Source of the DNA: Nitrosococcus oceani ATCC 19707
Lineage (GTDB): Bacteria > Pseudomonadota > Gammaproteobacteria > Nitrosococcales > Nitrosococcaceae
DNA length: 32,000 nucleotides
Direction of reading: 5' to 3'
Assembly: GCF_000012805.1 (NCBI RefSeq)
Contig: NC_007484.1
Coordinates: forward strand, 330,001 to 362,000
Positions 10,038 through 19,654 of the stretch are shown here, in pieces (within the stretch, counting starts at the first letter, position 1; the number at the start of each line of letters is the position of its first letter). The translations under genes were made by a program, and so were the position numbers. Below the pieces are notes generated by a model. That model was not told the origin of the DNA. It worked only from the letters and a program-made list of their open reading frames with translations, and did not search any database.

Positions 10038-10166
10038 GTGCCGCGAGGTTGGAGATTATTGGGGCTGATGGCGTTATTGCTTATAGGGTTATCAGCGATG
10101 GGATGCGGCCAGAAAGGCCCGCTCTACTTACCAAAAGAAAATGGGATGATGCAAAAGGTAAACTGA
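10038..10166 (+). CDS. lptM: Small lipoprotein LptM/YifL/LppL family (not in the supplied ORF track)
   Basis: GTG start 5 nt after AGGAGGGA (10025-10032). The 42-aa product is VPRGWRLLGLMALLLIGLSAMGCGQKGPLYLPKENGMMQKVN, with a lipobox Cys followed by the family signature GQKGPLYLP. Its stop abuts the lysA ATG, and it sits in the conserved position upstream of lysA/dapF. Confidence 0.78.
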   Translation: MPRGWRLLGLMALLLIGLSAMGCGQKGPLYLPKENGMMQKVN

Positions 10167-11420
10167 ATGATGGAATATTTTCATTACCGCTATAACGTTT
10201 TATGGGCGGAAGAGATTCCCTTGCCGGAGATTGCAAGCCGTTTTGACACGCCCTGCTATGTTTATTCTCGCGCTGCGATTGAGCATCAGTGGCGGGCGTT
10301 TGATCAAGCTTTTGAGAAGCATCCCCACCAAATATGCTATGCAGTGAAAGCAAATTCTAATCTAGCGGTTTTAAATATTTTAGCCCGTTTGGGGTCGGGC
10401 TTTGATATTGTGTCGGTAGGCGAGCTGGAACGGGTGTTGGCGGCAGGGGGCGATCCTGGACGGATCGTGTTCTCTGGCGTGGGTAAGCGTGCTGACGAGA
10501 TGGAGCGGGCTCTTGCTGTCGGTATTGCTTGCTTCAATGTGGAATCCGAAGCCGAGTTGATCCGTTTGAATGAGATTGCTGGCAAGTTGGAGCAGCGGGC
10601 GCCGGTGTCTTTACGAGTAAACCCGGACGTGGACGCGCGCACCCACCCTTATATTGCGACGGGGTTGCGTGATAATAAATTCGGTATAGAAATCGATCAG
10701 GCTCTGGCGGTTTATGCTCGTGCGGCTACCCTACCTCATATCGATATCCTTGGGGTGGATTGTCATATCGGCTCTCAGCTTACTTCTTTATCCCCTTTTT
10801 TGGCTGCTCTGGAACGGGTATTAGCGTTAGTAGACCAACTCGCCGAGAGAGGGATTAAAATCCGCCATATTGATCTTGGAGGTGGTTTGGGAATTATCTA
10901 TCGGGATGAGGCGCCTCCAAGCCCTCAGCAGTATGCCGCGGCTTTACGGCAGAAATTAGCGGGGAGAAACTTGGAAATATGGATCGAACCCGGTCGAGCC
11001 ATTGTTGGCAACGGAGGAGTGTTGCTAACTCGGATCGAGTACCTTAAACAGGCGCCCCAGAAGAATTTCGCCATCGTGGACGCAGCGATGAATGATTTGC
11101 TTCGTCCAGCGCTCTACGATGCCTGGCAGGAGATTATCCCGGTGGCTGTGGACGCCACGGGGGAACCGCTCTTTTTTGACGTGGTGGGTCCAGTGTGCGA
11201 GACCGGCGATTTTCTTGGCAAGCGGCGCCAGCTTGCCATTGAGGCAGGAGATTTACTTGTAGTGCGTGCTGCGGGGGCCTATGGTTTTACTATGAGTTCC
11301 AATTATAACTCCCGGCCCCGAGCTGCTGAGATAATGGTGGACGGCGCTGAGGCCCATTTAGTACGGGAGCGGGAAACCGTGGAGTCCCTCTATCGGGGTG
11401 AAGCGACCTTGCCTGGATAG
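10167..11420 (+). CDS. lysA: Diaminopimelate decarboxylase
   Basis: PLP-lysine motif YAVKANSN plus GGGLGI, EPGR and CETGD motifs. 417 aa. Confidence 0.96.
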   Translation: MMEYFHYRYNVLWAEEIPLPEIASRFDTPCYVYSRAAIEHQWRAFDQAFEKHPHQICYAVKANSNLAVLNILARLGSGFDIVSVGELERVLAAGGDPGRIVFSGVGKRADEMERALAVGIACFNVESEAELIRLNEIAGKLEQRAPVSLRVNPDVDARTHPYIATGLRDNKFGIEIDQALAVYARAATLPHIDILGVDCHIGSQLTSLSPFLAALERVLALVDQLAERGIKIRHIDLGGGLGIIYRDEAPPSPQQYAAALRQKLAGRNLEIWIEPGRAIVGNGGVLLTRIEYLKQAPQKNFAIVDAAMNDLLRPALYDAWQEIIPVAVDATGEPLFFDVVGPVCETGDFLGKRRQLAIEAGDLLVVRAAGAYGFTMSSNYNSRPRAAEIMVDGAEAHLVRERETVESLYRGEATLPG

Positions 11421-11458
11421 TGTGTTAGCCAGTATCAACAATGCCAAGAAGATAACGG

Positions 11459-12142
11459 GTGGTAGTAGCCGTGGAGCGTATTCCTGAGCCTGAGCTAATG
11501 GATGATGAGACCCAAGCACGGGCCTATGCGGAGGCTGATTTTTCTGAACCCAACAGCCGTTTTATTGAACTGCTCCGGGGCGCTTTCCCTTCTGATGCCT
11601 TGAGTGGCTATGTGCTCGATTTAGGGTGTGGTCCGGGAGATATTACCTTACGGGTGGCGCGGGCCTGGCCTTCCTGTATCGTCCATGGTGTGGACGGTGC
11701 TGCGGCGATGTTGCATTATGGGCAACGAGCGGTTAGCGAAGCTGGGTTAAAGGCGCGGGTAAAGTTTGTGCATGGCCGGCTGCCGGCAGTGCGTTTACCT
11801 CGGGAACAATACGATGTGTTGATTAGCAATAGTCTGCTTCACCATCTCCTTGAACCGGCCATTTTATGGGATTGTCTCAAGCGCTACGGCGTTAGGGGCG
11901 CACCGGTCTTTATTATGGATCTGCGCCGCCCGGCAGCCCGTAGTGAGGCAGCAGCTTTAGTGGATCAATATGCTGCGGAAGAGCCAGAAATATTGCAGCG
12001 GGATTTTTTCAACTCCCTGCTGGCGGCCTTTAAGCCTGATGAACTCCAGGAGCAGCTAGCCCAGGCAGGACTGAATTCCCTGGAGGTAGCGGTGGTGAGC
12101 GATAGACATTTGGCCATTTCGGGATTTTTAACCCTTTCCTAA
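11459..12142 (+). CDS. Class I SAM-dependent methyltransferase
   Basis: SAM-binding motif I VLDLGCGPGD with a downstream acidic/hydrophobic post-I pattern. GTG start as given in the ORF track (an ATG 13 codons in is an alternative). Confidence 0.8.
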   Translation: MVVAVERIPEPELMDDETQARAYAEADFSEPNSRFIELLRGAFPSDALSGYVLDLGCGPGDITLRVARAWPSCIVHGVDGAAAMLHYGQRAVSEAGLKARVKFVHGRLPAVRLPREQYDVLISNSLLHHLLEPAILWDCLKRYGVRGAPVFIMDLRRPAARSEAAALVDQYAAEEPEILQRDFFNSLLAAFKPDELQEQLAQAGLNSLEVAVVSDRHLAISGFLTLS

Positions 12143-12180
12143 TGGGATTGATATTTTTTGTCCTTGATTAAGTAAGCATA

Positions 12181-13011
12181 ATGCGTATTGCTTTTACCAA
12201 AATGCAGGGTTTGGGCAATGATTTCGTAGTCATTGACGCCCTTTCCCAGCCGCTGTCCTTAACCGCCTCCCAGGTACGCTGGATTGCCAATCGCCGCTTG
12301 GGCATAGGCTGTGACCAAGTGTTATTAGTAACGCCTGCTTCTTTGCCAGCGATCGACTTTGGTTATCGGATTTTTAATGCTGACGGCGGCGAGGTAGAGC
12401 AATGTGGTAATGGTGCCCGATGTTTTGCCCGCTTTGTGCGGGAGCAGGGGCTTACCGACAAAAATGTGCTGCGGGTCCAGACTGCAAGCGGCATTATTGA
12501 GCTGCAATTAGAAACTGATGGGCAAATCACGGTAGACATGGGTGTGCCCCGTTTTGCTCCCCATCAAATCCCGTTTAAGGTAGACCAGGAGGCAGACTAT
12601 TATTCACTGGAGCTCGATGGGCAGCAGGTGGAAATTGGAGCCGTATCCATGGGCAACCCCCACTGTGTATTGCGGGTACCCGCTGTTGATACTGCCCCGG
12701 TAGCCCATTGGGGACCCTTGCTGGAAAGCCACCCCCGCTTTCCTCAGCGGGTGAATGTGGGGTTTGCGCAAATCGTCTCCCCCGGCCATCTCCGGCTGCG
12801 GGTTTATGAGCGAGGCGCTGGCGAGACCCCCGCTTGCGGAACTGGAGCCTGCGCTGCCGCGGTGATAGGCAAGCGGCGGGGCTGGCTGAGTGGACAAGTT
12901 AATGTGGATCTGCCTGGCGGGCGCTTAGGTATTCACTGGGAAGGCGATGGTAAATCTGTTTGGATGAGCGGACCGGCAGAGATTGTATTCAAGGGAAGTA
13001 TCGAGCTATGA
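12181..13011 (+). CDS. dapF: Diaminopimelate epimerase
   Basis: Both catalytic Cys motifs are present (QCGNGARC and ACGTGACAA). 276 aa. Confidence 0.96.
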
Positions 13012-13742
13012 GAAAGAAAGCAGGAGAGAAGGAAACGCGGAAAACTCCATTGGAGGAAGTGCAGGAGCGGGAGCAGTCCATAGCAAAATATCTACAGACC
13101 CATCCAGATTTTTTTGCTCGCCATCCGGATCTTCTAAGCGAATTGACCATTCCCCATCCTAGCGGCGCTGCAATTAGCCTGGTGGAGCGGCAATTAGCGC
13201 TATTGCGCGGACAGAACAGGGAATTAAAGCGGCAGCTGCGCGATTTAATTGAAAATGCTATGGTCAATGACGACTTAAGCAAAAAGGTGCATAAATTAGC
13301 ATTGGGGGTGTTGACAGCGGCTACTCCCCAGGCGGCGATTGAAGTCTTATTTTCCTCTTTACAGACTGGTTTTGACGTGGATGTTATTGCCTTAAGGTTA
13401 TTCTTCGATGGTAAATCTTTGCCCCCTCCCGCGCCGGATCATCTTAATGTGATGCGAGTTTCTCGAAATGCCCCTGAACTTGAAGTGTTCGCCAGTGTTT
13501 TGAAAAGCCCCCAACCCATTTGCGGTCGGCTCACTGTAGAGCAGAGAGATTATTTATTTGGAGAAGAGGCGGAACGGGCGGTCTCTTGCGCTTTGATTCC
13601 CTTGGGTGAAGAGCAGCGCCGGGGGATGCTTGCCATGGGCAGCCAAGAACCGAACCGGTTCAGGGCTGATCTAGGAACGATATTTCTGGATTATTTGGGG
13701 GTCATTGTGGAGCGGGCTCTGCATCGCCATTGGCCATACTGA
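13008..13742 (+). CDS. DUF484 (YigA-like) protein
   Basis: Conserved position between dapF and xerC. N-terminal motif YLQTHPDFF...HPDLL and a coiled-coil [20 protein letters not shown]. The start is set at the ATG overlapping the dapF stop (ATGA) rather than at 12960. Confidence 0.8.
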
Positions 13743-13745
13743 ATC

Positions 13746-14648
13746 ATGGAAGAGGAACAGCAAATTTGGATACAAAAATTCTTTACTCATCTCCAGTATG
13801 AGCGGGGATTATCGCCGCAAACGGTTGTTAGTTACCGTCGTGACCTTGCAAAAGCTATTGCCTTTTGCGGCCGCAATGGGATCGGGAACTGGCAAGAACT
13901 GGATGCCCAAAGAGTGCGGGCGCTGGTGGTCGCCCATCACCAGGCGGGGCTTTCCGGAAGGAGTATTCAACGTCTTTTGTCGGCCCTCCGTAGCTTCTAC
14001 GTCTACCTGCAGCGTGAAAACATCGTGGATCATAATCCGGCTCAAGGGATTTCCGCTCCCAAGGGGAAACGGGCGTTGCCCCCTAGCCTTGATGTGGATC
14101 AAACTGCCCAATTATTGAATACTCAACCTTGTAGCGATCTCTTGCTTCGCGATCAAGCCATACTGGAGTTATTCTATTCTTCCGGACTACGGTTGGCTGA
14201 ATTGGTTGGCTTGAATTTAAGCGCTTTGGACCTGGATACCGCTTTAGTGCGGGTCGTTGGCAAAGGCGCCAAAACGCGGGAAGTCCCCCTTGGTAGGCGG
14301 GCTAAAGTAGCCCTGTTAGCCTGGCTTCCAGTACGGGCAGGGTGGATCAACCAGAGCCAAGAGGCCGTCTTTATAACTCGCCACGGCCGCCGTCTCTCTC
14401 CCCGCGCGGTACAAAAACGGCTGCGTCTTTGGGGGCTGCGGCAAGGCTTCGATGTGGCCATCCATCCCCATCGCCTGCGGCATGCTTTTGCCTCCCATTT
14501 ACTGGAATCCAGCGGTGATTTGCGGGCAGTGCAGGAACTATTAGGCCATGCCGATATCAGTACGACGCAAATTTATACCCATTTGGATTTTCAACACCTT
14601 GCTAAAATTTATGATCAAACCCATCCCCGAGCTAGAAAAAAGCGCTAG
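13746..14648 (+). CDS. xerC: Tyrosine site-specific recombinase XerC
   Basis: R...HRLRHAFASHLL...LGHADISTTQIYTH catalytic signature and dapF-DUF484-xerC synteny. Confidence 0.93.
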   Translation: MEEEQQIWIQKFFTHLQYERGLSPQTVVSYRRDLAKAIAFCGRNGIGNWQELDAQRVRALVVAHHQAGLSGRSIQRLLSALRSFYVYLQRENIVDHNPAQGISAPKGKRALPPSLDVDQTAQLLNTQPCSDLLLRDQAILELFYSSGLRLAELVGLNLSALDLDTALVRVVGKGAKTREVPLGRRAKVALLAWLPVRAGWINQSQEAVFITRHGRRLSPRAVQKRLRLWGLRQGFDVAIHPHRLRHAFASHLLESSGDLRAVQELLGHADISTTQIYTHLDFQHLAKIYDQTHPRARKKR

Positions 14649-14788
14649 CTGATCACAGTTTAGGGTTGGAATCCGAAAAATAAAGAGGTGGCAGTCGATA
14701 TCAGTTAAATAAAGACGGGGGCGAGGTTTTAGCAGTATGCAAAGCCGATAGTCGCCTGTTGCATTTTCTCAACTGAAGAGTCCACGGG

Positions 14789-16774
14789 ATGTCGTTTGCT
14801 ACTCGATTTGACGAACTCAAAGCCATGGGGGATTTACCCTCCCCTTCTGGGGTTGCCCTCGAAATTATGCGTCTTACCCAGCGTGAGGAAACCTCCATCC
14901 AGGACTTGGCCAGGGTCATCCAGGCCGATCCGGCCCTTGCAGGAAGGCTGCTTAAGTTTGCTAACTCTGCCTCCGTGGGCGTCCGCCGCCCGGTGGTTGC
15001 TATCGAAGACGCGGTAAAATTGCTAGGTATTGCCGCTATCCGTCAGTTTGTCCTGGGGATTTCCGTCCTTTCAAATTATAGCCATGGCCGTTGCGAAGGC
15101 TTCAACTACCCTGGTTTTTGGTCCCATTCTTTAGCGACAGCACTGGCTGCCCAGGCGCTTGCTAGCTTGGAGCGCGTTATTGCTCCAGAGGAGGCGTTTA
15201 CTTGCGGTTTGCTTGCGTGCGTGGGGCAGTTGGGTTTAGCCACTATTTATCCTGATGGCTATACCGCCATTCTACTATCATGCAGCCGCGAAGATGAGCA
15301 AGCCTTGCTCGCCCGCGAGCAAGAGGAATTTGCCACCAATCATAGGGAAATGACCATGGCGCTACTGGAAGACTGGGGTTTACCCCCTATCCATCTGGAA
15401 GGAATCGCGGCCAGCTATCAGCCCGGGCCGGGAGGGTTAGAGGATGCTTCGCGGGTCCAGCGGATAGCTCGGCAACTCTATTTTTCCGGCCATATTGCCA
15501 AGTTTTGTGTGGCCCAAGCCGCTGAGCAGTCTAATCGGTTGGTAAATTTGGAGGAGCTTGCTTCCTGCTTTGCATTGGATAAAACAGGCTTGGAGCAGTT
15601 GCTTAAAAAAATTACGCAAGCGTGGACCAAATGGGGACGGTTATTGGCAGTGCCTACCCAGGAAGTGCCTTCTCTAGCTAACCTCAAAGAGGAGCTGCAA
15701 GGGAAGATGGAGCGGCAAATCTCTGCTCCAGAGGCTAGCGATTTTACCCCGCTTAGGATATTGCTAGTTAGCGATGATGAATTGAATTGCAAACGCTTTA
15801 CGGGTTGGCTTGAGAGCATGGGACATTCGGTGAACGTTGCCCGCGAGGAGAAGGAGGGACTCTCCCTGATTCTGGAAAACCGATGCCAACTTGTCATTTA
15901 TGAGCACCGCTTACCCGGAGCGAATTCCATGAAATTCTGCCGGAGCTTGCGGGAAATGAAGTGCGGCCGGCAGATTTACCTTATTGTGTTAACTGGCATG
16001 GTAAGCGGAGGTGAGGCCATCCGGATCTTCGAGGCAGGGGCCGATGATCATATCGCTAAACCTTTTAACTACGAGGTGTTACAAGCTCGCGTTGGAGGCG
16101 GGGAACGTTTGATTCGCCTCAGGGAAGAGGCGGAACAGGAGCGGGAAGCGGTTCGTGGCTATCTGGCGGATTTAGCCGTGGCTAATCGACGTCTTGGGCA
16201 AATGGCGATGACCGATTCACTGACGGGGCTTCCTAATCGCCGTTATGCGATGGAGAGAATGGAACAAGCCTGGGCTGAATATGAGCGCAATCAAACTCCT
16301 TTCTCCTGTCTGGTGATGGATTTGGATTTCTTTAAACGGGTCAATGATCAGTATGGTCATGAGATTGGCGATAGTGTTTTGCTAGAGATCGCCAATGTGT
16401 TCCGCGGTTCGGCCCGGAGCAGCGATATAATCTGCCGTTTAGGCGGCGAGGAATTTTTGGTCGTCTGTCCCCATACCGTGGCTACTGAAGCATTTCAGGT
16501 GGCCGAACGATTACGACGCGCCGTGGAAGAGCATTCCTGGACCATGCTGGATTCTACCAGTGTATTAAGTGTCAGTATTGGTCTGGCGGCGAGTTCAGAG
16601 GGAATGCAGCACTGGAATGATCTTTACCGGCTGGCCGACCAAGCGCTTTACCAGGCAAAGCGTAATGGCCGGAACCGGGTTTGTATGGCGCCCTCTCCAA
16701 ACGGGAAAGACCAAACAGTCTCCCTCGTCTATCCCGCACGGGTCCATGAAAACAATCCTCGGTTCATCTTTTGA
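14789..16774 (+). CDS. HDOD domain / receiver-like domain / GGDEF diguanylate cyclase
   Basis: N-terminal HDOD (aa ~15-210). REC-like domain at aa ~322-442 (LVSDDE..., LTG, AKPF). GGDEF domain with GGEEF (16442-16456) and an RSSD I-site exactly 5 aa upstream. Confidence 0.9.
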   Translation: MSFATRFDELKAMGDLPSPSGVALEIMRLTQREETSIQDLARVIQADPALAGRLLKFANSASVGVRRPVVAIEDAVKLLGIAAIRQFVLGISVLSNYSHGRCEGFNYPGFWSHSLATALAAQALASLERVIAPEEAFTCGLLACVGQLGLATIYPDGYTAILLSCSREDEQALLAREQEEFATNHREMTMALLEDWGLPPIHLEGIAASYQPGPGGLEDASRVQRIARQLYFSGHIAKFCVAQAAEQSNRLVNLEELASCFALDKTGLEQLLKKITQAWTKWGRLLAVPTQEVPSLANLKEELQGKMERQISAPEASDFTPLRILLVSDDELNCKRFTGWLESMGHSVNVAREEKEGLSLILENRCQLVIYEHRLPGANSMKFCRSLREMKCGRQIYLIVLTGMVSGGEAIRIFEAGADDHIAKPFNYEVLQARVGGGERLIRLREEAEQEREAVRGYLADLAVANRRLGQMAMTDSLTGLPNRRYAMERMEQAWAEYERNQTPFSCLVMDLDFFKRVNDQYGHEIGDSVLLEIANVFRGSARSSDIICRLGGEEFLVVCPHTVATEAFQVAERLRRAVEEHSWTMLDSTSVLSVSIGLAASSEGMQHWNDLYRLADQALYQAKRNGRNRVCMAPSPNGKDQTVSLVYPARVHENNPRFIF

Positions 16775-17160
16775 ACCGGCTCAGACACCTTTTTTAAGGC
16801 ACTAGGCGAAATTCGAACCTCCCCCGCGGCGTGAGCCGTTTTACTCCCGTCTCCCGTCATTATCCCGGTAAAGTTTTTGAGAAGAATGCAGCGGTTTTGC
16901 GCTGCTCAATGGCTCCTGCGAGTGGCACTTCTACCCATCGCAGCAGGACGCTACGAGGCGACAAATAGCGCTGGGCCTTAGAAGAAGCTGAAATACGTGA
17001 TATGGCGCAATAAATTCCGGCAAATAACTAAAAACCAGATGTGAATAAAAGATCCTATCCAGCGTAACTATATGAATTTAATAAATAATTCGCTTATTGG
17101 CACGAATTCTGCTCTTTCGGTATAGAACAACAACACGAAATAAACGGATAACAAGCAACA

Positions 17161-19457
17161 ATGAAGCAATCTTTTTTGCCGTTGGGGTTTTCTTTTAGTT
17201 TAAGAAACCCGCTATTCATTGCCAGTGTAATGCTCCCTTTTGCCGCCTGGAGAGGGGAAGTGGAAGCTGCTGAAGAATACCGGGACAGGCTGATTCCAAA
17301 AACCGATTCAAACCCTGTGGTGAAGGTAGCTCAAGGGGATGGGGCCAAAGAAGGAGGCGAAGCAGCAAGAAGCGAGCTGGCTCCCATGACGGTTACTGGT
17401 GCGGCGGATGCCCCGTTTACCAAATGAATACCTCCACGGCGGGCAGCAAATTTCCCCTGGAAATTGACCGTGTGCCCCAAAGTATCCAGGTAATTACCGA
17501 GGATGCTTTTCAAGATCAGGGCGCCCAAAGTATCGGCGATATCATGAAGCAGATGCCTTCGGCCAACGTATTCGGGTTGCGCTTTGGCCGTTTTCCAAGC
17601 GTCACTATCCGGGGCTTCGGCACCGAGCAGATTCGTAACGGTATCCAGCAATTGTTTTTTGCTGGTACTGATTTTTCCGCCCTCAGTTATATTCAGAATG
17701 TAGAGGTACTGAAAGGGCCGGGCAGCGTCCTGTTTGGGCAAGGGGGTAACGGTGGCGGGATCATCAACGTGGTGACCAAGCGCCCTTACGATCGGCTGGG
17801 GGCCGAAGTGAGCTTTACCCGGGGTGGCTGGACTGGATTCGGTGGTGATATCACCCGAGGTCAGTGGGATATCAACGCGCTTCTGACTCCGGACGGCGCC
17901 CTAAAGGCGCGCTTCACCGGTCAAGTGGAGCGTTCCGATACCTTTATTAATTTTCAGGATCTGGATCGGGAAAATTTTGGTCTGGCGCTGACCTATGACA
18001 ATGGGGGGCCAGTACGAGCCTTCATCAATGCTGAGTATCAGCATCGAGAGACCTTACCGAATCCGGGCTTGCCAGCGGTAGGAACGGTGCAGGGTAGCGA
18101 TGTGGGCCAGGTGCTGCGGAATACTTTTCTCGGCGAGCCTAAATTTGACAAATTAACCGTCGATGCCCCCTTGGTGCAAGCCTGGGTCGAGTTCGACGTC
18201 CTAGATAACTGGAACAATATATTCAAAAACTGGAAGGTGATCCCCCGCTATCAATATCAACAATTCAATGGGAGCCAGGATCAGGTTTTTCTTGGCGCTA
18301 CCACCGTCGATCCGGTCAATGGGGATATTTTAGTGTCCCGCTCAGGCAGAACTGATTTCAATGAGAAAGATGTGATCCATATCGGCCAAATTGACATTAC
18401 CGGCATGATAGACACCGGACCCCTGACCCACCAGATTCTCCTCAGTGGTGATTATCAGAATAAACGCTCGCCATCGGATGGCAACGACAACAATAAATGG
18501 TTCAACCGCATCAATGTTCCCGCCATCGATGCGCTAAATCCAGCCTATCTCTCTTCAGCGCCACAGATCAACCCCAATATCGTGACCTTTGGCCAGAATT
18601 ACCAGGTTTGGGCGGCCACCTTTCAGGATGTGGTGTCCATCACTCCCTATTTCGATCTGATGGGCGGTTTCCGCTACACAACCGCCAGTGGAGGGCCCCG
18701 TGGCAACTTGGTCAACAGAGTACGGCCTGGCAATAACGAAGTCGACAACACTTCCTTTCAAATTGGTGGAACCTTTCACGTTACGGATTCGATTCACCTC
18801 TTCTCAGGCTATGGTGAAGGATTCAACCTTAATCTAGCTGGTCAAAAGGCGGATGGCTCTGCGTTTGCTCCGGGAGAGTTCGATCAGGTGGAAGCGGGCA
18901 TTAAAGCTGATTTCCCCTGGGGGCTGAGGGGAACGACCTCGTTTTTTGACATCACCCGCAGCAATGTGACCACGCCGGACCGGCAAAATCCTGGTTTTTC
19001 CGTGCAAACGGGGGAGGTTCGTCACCGGGGCGCGGAGTTGGAACTAGCCTATCAAGTGACCCCCCAGTGGTATTTTCAAGGCGGTTACGCCTTTATCGAC
19101 TCGGACATCACTCAAAGCAATGCGGGCGATGAGGGTAATCGGTTTCAGAATACGCCGACCCATCAAGGCAATGTTTGGACTCATTACCAATTCGACAGGG
19201 GACTGCTGAGAAATCTGACCCTTTCCAGCGGCGTGAATTTCGTCGGCGACCGGCCCCTGGATAATGCCACTACCGTCGAGCTTACCAATTTCACCATTTG
19301 AGATCTAGGCGCTTCCTACACTTATCAAAGGGTAAAACTGGAGCTATTCGCCAATAACTTGTTGGATAAACGTTATTTCCTCTCAAACAATTCTGGACTG
19401 ACGGTATTTCCCGGTGCTCCCCGCTCGATTGTGGGACGGGTGTCCTTGAAGTATTAG
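17161..19457 (+). pseudogene. TonB-dependent (siderophore-type) outer-membrane receptor, inactivated by a frameshift (~17395-17430) and an in-frame TGA (19299-19301)
   Basis: Signal peptide and ELAPMTVTG are in frame 1. Plug and barrel are in frame 3 from 17424. The C-terminal DLGASYTYQ...GRVSLKY continues in frame after the TGA. The total of 2297 nt is not divisible by 3. The paralog at 21061 shares the N- and C-terminal patterns. Confidence 0.85.
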
Positions 19458-19467
19458 CTGGTAACTC

Positions 19468-19496
19468 GTAGGGCGGATAAGTGAGCGCATCCCGCC
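19468..19496. repeat. REP-like imperfect hairpin GTAGGGCGGATAAGTGAGCGCATCCCGCC
   Basis: Lies 11 nt after the receptor stop. Arms GGCGGAT / ATC(C)CGCC. Resembles enterobacterial REP/PU units (GTAGG-CGGATAAG...ATCCGGC). A related core CGTAAGGGCGGTTAGT occurs at 24170-24185, after the second receptor. Confidence 0.4.
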
Positions 19497-19654
19497 TTCT
19501 GCGGTTGTTTGCTCTACGCAACTACGTGGCTTTTTAAACCGTTCTCGCTGCTCGGTGCATCACTTTGTTTCGCCTGCCTGTTGCAGGCAGGGGAGTGTTC
19601 ACCCTCCATGGAGAACGCCAAAAGCTTAGTTTAAATCAAAAAAGGATATTCATC

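Noticed and set aside
15478-15897. Long antisense ORFs inside strongly supported genes: 3900-4256, 15478-15897, 17331-17741, 20432-21028, 25339-25701, 10337-10642, 12604-12897
   Set aside because: These are mirror-frame ORFs typical of moderately GC-rich coding DNA. Their products are Arg/Pro/Ser-rich with no motifs, and each fully overlaps a gene with clear family signatures.
16805-16835. tRNA-like T-loop string (GGTTCGAA on the minus strand) downstream of the GGDEF gene; possible tRNA fragment or att site
   Set aside because: The flanking bases do not form a T-stem or acceptor stem, and no cloverleaf can be drawn. It is most likely a chance match.
16775-17160. Cobalamin riboswitch or Fur box in the 385-bp leader of receptor 1. 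The leader contains the hairpins GCAGCG-N6-CGCTGC (16889-16906) and CTGCGA-N16-TCGCAG
   Set aside because: No B12-box-like core (AGYCMGGAGACCKGCC) or GCCACTG motif was found. The best Fur-box alignment (AATAAATAATTCGCTTATT, ~17081-17099) matches only 9/19 consensus positions.
19299-19301. In-frame TGA in receptor 1 as selenocysteine or programmed read-through
   Set aside because: There is no SECIS-like hairpin immediately downstream. The paralog has Trp at this position, and the same gene also carries a frameshift. A nonsense mutation is the simpler explanation.
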